From contig CBDFHG010000005.1 in assembly GCA_965247385.1 (NCBI GenBank), positions 58,764 to 122,763 on the forward strand: 64,000 nt of DNA. The letters run 5' to 3'. Source of the DNA: Thermohalobaculum sp. (GTDB lineage Bacteria; Pseudomonadota; Alphaproteobacteria; Rhodobacterales; Rhodobacteraceae). The notes under the pieces were generated by a model that saw nothing but the letters and a program-made list of their open reading frames with translations, did no database searches and had not been told where the DNA came from. Below, piece after piece: positions 17,831 to 25,250 of the stretch. Within the stretch, counting starts at the first letter, position 1, and each line of letters opens with the position of its first letter. A program made the translations under genes and the position numbers.

Positions 17831-18239
17831 TCCAATTTGCCCGGAAACCGGGGCTCCGATGGTTCGGGATACGCGGTTCATGACGATTACCTATAAGGGG
17901 AAGTCGACCACGTTCGACATGCCCGGTTGGTATTGTGATGCAAGCGACGAGAGCATCCACGACGGTGCGGATATGAAAGTCTCCGACAGAGCTCTCACGG
18001 AATTGAAGGCCAAGGTTGAAGGCCGACTGGCACCCAAGGCTGTCAAACGCATTCGCAAACGGCTGAAGCTGACTCAGAAAGATGCAGGACGCTTGATCGG
18101 CGGCGGACCGAATGCATTTCAAAAATATGAGAGCGGCGACATCCTGGTCAGCCATGCGATCACGAGCGCCCTGTTATTGCTCGACCGAGATCCTACTGGT
18201 CTAGAAGTGCTTCAAGAGAAAAACAAGGGAATTATATAG
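17823..18239 (+). CDS. mqsA: Antitoxin MqsA (N-terminal zinc-ribbon-like domain + HTH-XRE), 138 aa
   Basis: The ATGGCTGA start overlaps the mqsR stop. The HTH KRLKLTQKDAGRLIGGGPNAFQKYESG resembles E. coli MqsA LSLTQKEAAEIFGGGVNAFSRYEKG. Only 2 of the 4 canonical N-terminal Cys are present (C6, C38). Confidence 0.85.
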   Translation: MADPICPETGAPMVRDTRFMTITYKGKSTTFDMPGWYCDASDESIHDGADMKVSDRALTELKAKVEGRLAPKAVKRIRKRLKLTQKDAGRLIGGGPNAFQKYESGDILVSHAITSALLLLDRDPTGLEVLQEKNKGII

Positions 18240-20086
18240 CCAGGATTCCCGAACTAAATCCCTGACGCGCCTCGGCAGGGGCGGCGATGGGTGCCGTTGT
18301 GGGGTTTTTGCCCCGCGCCCGGGCACCACTCCCGCGGATTTCGCGCTCGAGGAGATATTCTCAAGGTGGCCACGCGTTTTGCGGGTCCCGCGCCTGTCCG
18401 TTGGCCAAGCGAAGCCCTGGCCGGGAGCCGGCATCGCACTTCAGCAAGGATATCGTGGCAGGCTGGAGCCGTCAGGTCGGGCCGCGCGCCAGGGCCAGGA
18501 TCTTCCGCCTGGCGCTCAGCACCAGATCGAGCCCCGCTTCGCTCCCCAAACGGATGATCAGCCGCCGCGCATGACGGATCACCCGGCCAGGCAGGGCGAT
18601 CAGAGCCAGGCGCAAGGCCTTCATCCGCCGTGCCACCCAGGCCGGTCCCAGAACCAGTTGCTTCATCACCGCGTTCAAATTATGCGCCAGCACCATGATC
18701 GCCCACCAGGCCGCATTGGCTCCGAACAGACCCGAGGGCAGGGTGCCGCCAGCCAGGTCGTGCTTCATCACCGCGTGGACTTCCTCGCTCTTGCCACAGC
18801 GCTCCCGGGACCACCAGATCACCTCATCGCCCGGCAGATCACGGTTGGTGACCAGGGCGAACAGCTTGCTGCGCCCCTTCGAGGCAAACTCCGCGGTCGG
18901 GAACGGCAACTGATCCCCATCGCCAAGCTCCAACTGTTCCAGCGGCTCCCGGATCGCCAGGAAGCGGTAATCCGCCCGCGTCTTGCTCTCGCCCACCCAA
19001 CTCGGTACATGGCAGACCTCCGCCCACTCCTGGCCGGTCTCGTGGCGTTGCCCGTCAAAAACACGATCCAGCGGCCGCCACTCGGCCTCCGGCACGGCCA
19101 GGGCAGCACGCCGGAATTCCGCCGTCACGTTGGCGCCGACGGCGAACTCGATCACCCCGAAAACCTTGTCCCGGCCCTCGCCACAATAGAGCAGTAGATC
19201 CTTCTGATAACCCGCCGTGTCCGAGCGCAGATAGACCTTGTCCACGCCCCCAGGCAGCGCCGCCAGCGAGGCCTGCAACACCTGCAACTGCCGATAGCCA
19301 GCCGGCACATTGCCGTCGCGGAACTCGGAATGCACGATCACCTGCTGTTCCGCCCACCAGGTGTTCAACGGCTGATAGGCCTTGAACTTCTTGTAGCAGT
19401 ATTCCGCCTGGCGCTTGTGGCTCTGCACCAGCGTCGCGTCCATGTCCAGCGTCGCCGAGCCCTGCCTGCGATGGTGCTGCAGAAATGACACCAGCGCCTG
19501 ATTGACACGCCGCAGACCAAGCAGACCCGCCGACGGGCGCGGGATGAAGGCACGCCCGGCCTCCCGCAGATCTTCCTGGCCTGCGTCGTGGAAGCGTTCC
19601 AACCAGCCCGACAGAGCCGACGGCGAAGGCACGCTGCGCCCGCGACCGCGCCGAAACCGGCTCTTCAGTTGCCGCCGTTCCCGGCGCACCAACAGCCGCC
19701 GCTCAACCGCATCCATGGTCGCGGCAAAGCCGGCGTCCGCCTCCAGGCGTTCCAGATCCTCGACCCGATCACCCCCGCACAGATTGAGTGCGATCACCGT
19801 GATGATCATCTGCACATCCAGCCAGCCCTGCCGCCCCGCCACCCGCACCTCGCGCCGCACCGCAGCCGCCAGTCCCGATGCCTCAATCAAATCAAGGTAA
19901 ACACCAATCCCGGCAAAACCCGTCAGATCGCTGCTGCCCGGTTCGCTTTCGTACTCGAAAGGAAGAACGCCCTGTGCCATGTTATTTTCACCCCGTTGGT
20001 GATGGAGTTAATCGCAAAAACCATCATAAATCCCTTTAGATTCAAAGACAACGGGGAATTTCAACTTTTTTGATCCAGAATCAGGG
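18240..20086 (-). mobile_element. IS1380-family insertion sequence, copy 2 (1847 bp) with ATAG target duplication
   Basis: It has the same ends as copy 1. ATAG sits at 18236-18239 and at 20087-20090. Confidence 0.9.
18472..19980 (-). CDS. IS1380-family DDE transposase (502 aa)
   Basis: It is collinear with the 1042-2550 product. I count about 17 amino-acid differences between the two translations. Confidence 0.9.
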   Translation of the reverse strand: MAQGVLPFEYESEPGSSDLTGFAGIGVYLDLIEASGLAAAVRREVRVAGRQGWLDVQMIITVIALNLCGGDRVEDLERLEADAGFAATMDAVERRLLVRRERRQLKSRFRRGRGRSVPSPSALSGWLERFHDAGQEDLREAGRAFIPRPSAGLLGLRRVNQALVSFLQHHRRQGSATLDMDATLVQSHKRQAEYCYKKFKAYQPLNTWWAEQQVIVHSEFRDGNVPAGYRQLQVLQASLAALPGGVDKVYLRSDTAGYQKDLLLYCGEGRDKVFGVIEFAVGANVTAEFRRAALAVPEAEWRPLDRVFDGQRHETGQEWAEVCHVPSWVGESKTRADYRFLAIREPLEQLELGDGDQLPFPTAEFASKGRSKLFALVTNRDLPGDEVIWWSRERCGKSEEVHAVMKHDLAGGTLPSGLFGANAAWWAIMVLAHNLNAVMKQLVLGPAWVARRMKALRLALIALPGRVIRHARRLIIRLGSEAGLDLVLSARRKILALARGPT

Positions 20087-20087
20087 A

Positions 20088-20231
20088 TAGTTGAGTGACC
20101 ATTCAGCGTTCCCGACCGTTATATAGCCCGTCTCGACCCCTGCAACTTAGAATTTCTATCCCTGAACCATTATCCGGGATCAGCGCCGGGGCAAAACGCA
20201 GGAGGACTGGCACTGTGGTCACTCAACTATA
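20088..20231. repeat. MITE-like element bounded by 13-15 bp perfect terminal inverted repeats
   Basis: The repeats are (ta)tagttgagtgacc at 20087-20100 (its first bases are shared with the IS1380 duplication) and ggtcactcaacta(ta) at 20217-20231. TA lies on both outer sides. The interior is ~115 bp. Confidence 0.4.
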
Positions 20232-20335
20232 TAAGTCCCAAAAACAAGGCGACGCACACCGCCTAACAGGAATCCCACTCGTGTCAGAAATTCTCCGAAA
20301 AATGATGGAAGACGAGGAACGGCTGCGAAAGCTAA

Positions 20336-22027
20336 CTAGTTTCCATCCATAAACGCTAAGATATTGAAATAACTGGATGTATCCGGATTATTTTGTTGAA
20401 AGCTCCGGCGGTTTCAGATATGAATTTGGTGTAACCCATTGAAGTCAATACAAACCCGTTACCGCCGGAGACAACAATGCGCGAAAAACGCACCATCCAG
20501 GCCAGTATTTTCGATGTTTTCTCAAAACACCAGCTTGGCCGTGAACTGAAGGCGATGTCCGCCTGGCTTGACGAGCATTGCGAGGTGCTGGGCCGGGTCG
20601 GCGCTGATCTCGGTCGCCACGGCGTCAAGCCGACTGGACGCAAGGGGTTGTCGGCGGAAGCGGTTCTGCGCTGCGCCTTGCTCAAGCAACATCGTCAGTT
20701 GAGCTACGAGGAATTGGCGTTCTACCTTTGCGATTCCACCTCATTCCGGGCTTTCGCTCGTCTGCCGGTCCATTGGACGCCAAAGAAATCGGTGTTGCAG
20801 AGTACCATCAGCGCCATCAGCGCCGAGACCTGGGAAGCGATCAACCGTTGCCTGATGAGCCATGCCATGAAGGCCAGGGTCGAGAACGGCAAGATGATGC
20901 GCCTTGACAGCACGGTTGCCGACGCGCCGATCCATCCCCCCAGCGACAGCTCTCTTTTGGGCGACAGTATGCGCGTGATGGTGCGCTTGTTACGCCGCGC
21001 CGATGCCGACCTGCCGGGGCTGAGGTGGCGCGATCACAGCCGGTCGGCAAAACGGTGCTGCCTCTCGATCGCTTTTGGCCGTGGCGCCGACAAACGCCAA
21101 AAGCTGTACCGCGACCTCATCAAGATCACCCGCACCACCCTGGACAATCTGCGGGTGGCCGCGCGGCGGCTTGGCCCGGCGGCGGGAACTGGCATTGAGG
21201 TCGAGGCCTGGCAGGCCGAGACAAGGCATTACGTGGCCTTGATCGAACGCATCATCGCACAGGCCGAGCGCCGGGTGCTGGACGGCGAACAGGTTGCCGC
21301 CGGCGATAAACTGGTCAGCTTGTTCGAGCCCCATGCCGATATTATCGTCAAGGGCGCGCGCGAAGTGCAATATGGCCACAAAGTGAACCTGAGCACGGGC
21401 AAGACCGGCATGATTCCGGATCTGGTGATCGAGGCCGGCAACCCGGCCGATGCCGAGCGTTTCCAGCCCATGCTGGATCGTCATATCAAGCATTATGGCA
21501 AAGCGCCACGCCAGACCGCCGTCGATGGCGGTTACGCCAGCACCGCCAATCTGGCCTACGCCAAGGCCAAGGGTGTCGAGGACGCGGCCTTCCACAAGAA
21601 GCGCGGGCTGAAAATCAAGGACATGGTCAAGAGCCGATGGGTGTACCGTAAGCTGCGCAACTTCCGCGCCGGGATCGAGGCCAATATCTCCTGTCTCAAA
21701 CGCGCCTACGGGCTCGGTCGTTGCACCTGGAAGGGACTGGAGCACTTCAAGGCTTACGTCTGGTCATCGGCGGTCGCCTACAATCTCGCCCTCTTCGCCC
21801 GCATGAAACCAACATAGCCCAAGCCGCCGGCCCAATGTTGAAAAACCGGCGCCGCCCGGCCTGTACGCATGCCTGCAGCCTTCAGGCCAATGAAAAATCT
21901 GTCGGAAAATTCAACCTGGACACGAAAAATGGCATACGCCACCGCTAAACCGGACAGATCAAGCCGCCGAGCCAGCGACCCCTTGAAAGTAAACCCGAAA
22001 ATCATGGCGTTTATGGATGGAAACTAG
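20336..22027 (+). mobile_element. IS5-superfamily insertion sequence (1692 bp) with CTAA target duplication
   Basis: Perfect 21-bp inverted repeats are CTAGTTTCCATCCATAAACGC (20336-20356) and GCGTTTATGGATGGAAACTAG (22007-22027). CTAA sits at 20332-20335 and at 22028-22031. Confidence 0.85.
20477..21817 (+). CDS. IS5-superfamily (ISNCY/IS1182-like) DDE transposase, 446 aa
   Basis: MRLDSTVADAPIHPPSDSSLLGD, EPHADIIVKGAREVQYGHKVNL, AVDGGYAS and FRAGIEANISCLKRAYGLGRCTWKG are the D, D, E region motifs of this group. Confidence 0.9.
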   Translation: MREKRTIQASIFDVFSKHQLGRELKAMSAWLDEHCEVLGRVGADLGRHGVKPTGRKGLSAEAVLRCALLKQHRQLSYEELAFYLCDSTSFRAFARLPVHWTPKKSVLQSTISAISAETWEAINRCLMSHAMKARVENGKMMRLDSTVADAPIHPPSDSSLLGDSMRVMVRLLRRADADLPGLRWRDHSRSAKRCCLSIAFGRGADKRQKLYRDLIKITRTTLDNLRVAARRLGPAAGTGIEVEAWQAETRHYVALIERIIAQAERRVLDGEQVAAGDKLVSLFEPHADIIVKGAREVQYGHKVNLSTGKTGMIPDLVIEAGNPADAERFQPMLDRHIKHYGKAPRQTAVDGGYASTANLAYAKAKGVEDAAFHKKRGLKIKDMVKSRWVYRKLRNFRAGIEANISCLKRAYGLGRCTWKGLEHFKAYVWSSAVAYNLALFARMKPT

Positions 22028-22253
22028 CTAATGGGACAATTTCCGGTCAAGGCGTCTATGACTTGACTTCGGACATTATTAACCAACACTGAAAGATAGA
22101 GTTGCATGGATGTATCAAATTCTTGCGATTTATACCAAAGGTCATTGATTGTGACTTGAGCTATGCACGAATTTGGGTGATGGCGCCTGAGAAGGCGGCG
22201 TATCGAGGCGGGTGCTGAGCCTGCCAGAACCTCCAGGAAAGGAGCGATACGCC

Positions 22254-22983
22254 ATGAAGGAAGATACGACCGTTATCGCGCTTCGTCACGCAGATTCTGT
22301 CGAAGACCCGCTGACTGAGATTGCTCGTGAGGGCGCTCGGCGCATGCTGGCCGAGGCGCTGAGGGCCGAGGCAGACGCGTTCGTTGCCAGCTTCGCGGAT
22401 GACCTGCTGCCCGATGGCCGCCAGAGGATCGTCAGGCATGGTTACGGGCCGGAGCGGTCGATACAGACCGGGATCGGCGCGATCGACGTCCGCCGGGCCA
22501 AGGTCCGGGACCGGCACCCGAACGTTGCCGATGCCGGGAAGGTGCGCTTCACGTCGAACATCCTGCCGAAATGGGCGCGACGCACGAAGAGCCTCGATGT
22601 GCTGCTGCCCATTCTCTACCTGCGTGGTATCTCCACCGGCGACTTCCAGGCGGCGCTGGGCGCGATCCTGGGGCCCGATGCGCCGAACCTGTCGCCGGGC
22701 GCGTGGTCTCCAGGCTGACTGCGGGTTGGGAGAAGGAGTATGATGCCTGGCAGCACCGCGATCTCTCGGCCCGGCGTTACGTCTACATCTGGGCCGACGG
22801 CATCTACCTCCAGGCACGAATGGAACCCGAGGCCGAGTGCATCCTGGTCATCATCGGCGCGACACCCGAGGGCAAGAAGGAGCTGCTCGGATTCCAGGTC
22901 GGCATCCGCGAGAGTGCGCAGAGCTGGCGCGAGTTGCTGGTCGACATCAAGGCGCGCGGGCTGGCCATGGCGCCCGAGATCGC
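22254..22983 (+). pseudogene. IS256-family transposase, N-terminal ~240 aa, frameshifted and 3'-truncated
   Basis: MKEDTTVIALRHADSVEDPLTEIAREGARRMLAEALRAEADAFV...ILPKWARRTKSLDVLLPILYLRGISTGDF then shifts frame near 22695 to VVSRLTAGWEKEYDAWQHRDLSARRYVYIWADGIYLQAR...RELLVDIKARGLAMAPEIA. Similarity stops ~20 bp before the rsmI stop codon. Confidence 0.8.
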
Positions 22984-23004
22984 TGAGATAGCCGCGCCGG
23001 GCGC

Positions 23005-23958
23005 TCATCGTTTTACCATGTCCAAAGCCCGGGCGTAGACATCGCGCCGGGGCAGGCCGAGGCGGGCGGTAACCTCGCGGGCAGCGTCCTTGACCGAAAG
23101 GTTGGCCAGCGCGACCGTCAGTTCGCCGTCCAGCGAGGCGGTGCTTTTCGCCTGTAGCGCCGCCGGGTCGGGCGGGCCGACCAGAACCACCACCTCGCCC
23201 TTCGGTGCGGCCTCGCTGGCGTACTCCTGGGCGAGGTCACCAAGCGGCGCGCGCCGCACCTGCTCGAATTTCTTGGTCAGTTCGCGGGCCACCGCCGCCG
23301 GACGCGCGCCGCCCAACGCCTCGGCCATATCGGCCAGCGTCGCGGCCAGGCGGCGCGGGCTTTCGTAGAAGATCAGCGTCGCGGGCACAGTTGCCAGTTC
23401 CCTCAGCGCTTTCTGTCGTGCGCCACGCTTGGGCGGCAGGAAGCCGGCGAACATGAAGCGGTCGGTCGGCAGCCCGGCCAGCGACAGCGCCGCCAGAACC
23501 GCCGAGGCCCCGGGGATCACGGTCAGGCCAAGCCCTTCGGCCACCGCCGCCTCGGCCAGGCGGTAACCCGGGTCGGCGATCAGCGGCGTCCCGGCGTCGG
23601 AGCAATAGGCGACGCTCTTTCCCTCGCGCAGCCAGGCCAGGATCTGCGGCCGCCGTTCGGCACCATTGCGGTCGTGGTACGAGACTATCCGCCTGCCCGC
23701 CAGGGCAATGCCGTGCATTTTCATCAACTTGCGGGTCTCGCGGGTATCCTCGGCGGCGATCGCATCGGCGCGGGCCAGAACATCGATGGCCCGCAATGTG
23801 ATATCTGCGGCATTGCCGATCGGGGTGGCCACCAGGTAGAGGCCCGATTCCAGGCCCGATTCCTGAGGTGTGGGCGCACCACCGGAATCGGCGCTCAGAA
23901 GGCTGGCGCCGCTTGCTCTGCGTTTACTTTCCGGCGTGGCGCTCATAACGTCCGACAA
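23005..23958 (-). CDS. rsmI: 16S rRNA (cytidine1402-2'-O)-methyltransferase
   Basis: GLYLVATPIGNAADITLRAIDVLARADAIAAEDTR...PLIADPGYRL...ESPRRL are the tetrapyrrole-methylase-fold RsmI motifs. Confidence 0.9.
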   Translation of the reverse strand: MSDVMSATPESKRRASGASLLSADSGGAPTPQESGLESGLYLVATPIGNAADITLRAIDVLARADAIAAEDTRETRKLMKMHGIALAGRRIVSYHDRNGAERRPQILAWLREGKSVAYCSDAGTPLIADPGYRLAEAAVAEGLGLTVIPGASAVLAALSLAGLPTDRFMFAGFLPPKRGARQKALRELATVPATLIFYESPRRLAATLADMAEALGGARPAAVARELTKKFEQVRRAPLGDLAQEYASEAAPKGEVVVLVGPPDPAALQAKSTASLDGELTVALANLSVKDAAREVTARLGLPRRDVYARALDMVKR

Positions 23959-24032
23959 ACTGTTGCCCGGTTTGGGCAGGACAAGGCCTCTTCTATAGTA
24001 TCCGCGCGGCCAAAAGAGAATGAGAGGTTGTC

Positions 24033-25250
24033 ATGCTTCGTTCGCTCTCCATCCTCCCAAGCCTGGTCTTTGCTGCCGGGCTGGTTCTTTCGGTTGCTTC
24101 TTGCGGAACGACCACAACATCGCGACCGTCGCCGCCCGCGGCGCCATCGCCGGCGCGGACCGCGCCAGTGCTGCCCACTGGCAGTGTCGATCCGAACCGG
24201 CCGGTGATGGTGGCGCTGCTGGCGCCGCTGACCGCTGCCGACCAAGGGGCCGCAAGTGTCGGCAATGCGCTGGCAAATGCGGCGCGGATGGCGGCGGTTG
24301 ATCTGGCCGATCCAACGATGGAAATCCGGGTCTACGATACCGCCGGCAACGCGGCGACCGCGCGCGCGATGGCGCAAAAGGCGGTTGGCGATGGCGCGGC
24401 GCTGATCCTGGGGCCGTTGTTCAGCGCCAACACCGGCGGGGTCGGCGATGTTGCCAGCGCCTCGGGCATCAACGTGATCTCGTTTTCGACCGATAGTGCG
24501 GTGGCCGGGGGACCGGTCTTCCTGAGCGGTTTCCTGCCCGAGGCCGAAGCCGAACGTATTGTCGGCTTCGCCGCAGCGCGCGGGCTGGACCGGATAGCAG
24601 TGTTCTATCCGCAGACGGATTATGGATCCGCCGCGCTGCGCGGCACCGACGAGGCGGTGCTGTCGAGCAGCGCCCGGGTAGTGGCCTCCTCTGGTTATCC
24701 CCGTACTTTCGAGGGCATCCGGAGCTCAGCCGAGCCATTCGCCGGCGCGGCACTGGCGGCGGGCGTTACCACGATCCTGCTGCCGGACAGTGGCCAGGGG
24801 CTGCGCTCGGCGGGCGCATTCATCAACTACAGCGGCCTCGATCCGGCTGATGTGAAATATCTCGGCCTCGGCAAGTGGAACTCCAGCGCCACATTGCAGG
24901 AGCCTGCGCTGCAAGGCGGCTGGTTCCCCGCACCCGACCCGGACAAGCTGGACACGTTCTCCAGCCTTTACGCGGCGCGTTTTGGCACTCAGCCGCCGTT
25001 CATCGCGGTCCTGGGTTACGACGCGGTGCAGGTGGCCGGGCAGCTTTTGGCGGGGGCGCGGCGGGACGGCTCGATTACACCCTTTGGCCGCGCCGAACTG
25101 ACCCGCATCGAGGGCTTTCAGGGTACATTGGGGCCGCTGCGCTTCGAACCTGACGGCCTGAACCATCGGGCAATGGCTATCATGGAGGTCGGGCAGCGCA
25201 GTTTCGAGGTGCTCGACCCCGCACCTGTGCGCCTTGGCCTGGGTTCGTGA
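24033..25250 (+). CDS. Penicillin-binding protein activator (LpoA-like) lipoprotein with a type-1 periplasmic binding fold
   Basis: It has a lipobox (LSVASC) and a Pro/Ala-rich linker followed by a Leu/Ile/Val-binding-protein-like domain. It is divergent from rsmI, like the E. coli rsmI/lpoA arrangement. Confidence 0.75.
   Translation: MLRSLSILPSLVFAAGLVLSVASCGTTTTSRPSPPAAPSPARTAPVLPTGSVDPNRPVMVALLAPLTAADQGAASVGNALANAARMAAVDLADPTMEIRVYDTAGNAATARAMAQKAVGDGAALILGPLFSANTGGVGDVASASGINVISFSTDSAVAGGPVFLSGFLPEAEAERIVGFAAARGLDRIAVFYPQTDYGSAALRGTDEAVLSSSARVVASSGYPRTFEGIRSSAEPFAGAALAAGVTTILLPDSGQGLRSAGAFINYSGLDPADVKYLGLGKWNSSATLQEPALQGGWFPAPDPDKLDTFSSLYAARFGTQPPFIAVLGYDAVQVAGQLLAGARRDGSITPFGRAELTRIEGFQGTLGPLRFEPDGLNHRAMAIMEVGQRSFEVLDPAPVRLGLGS

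Noticed and set aside
20095-20352. 85-aa ORF downstream of IS1380 copy 2
   Set aside because: It spans the MITE-like element and is interrupted by the IS5-type insertion. It has a GTG start and no motif, so it is most likely non-coding.
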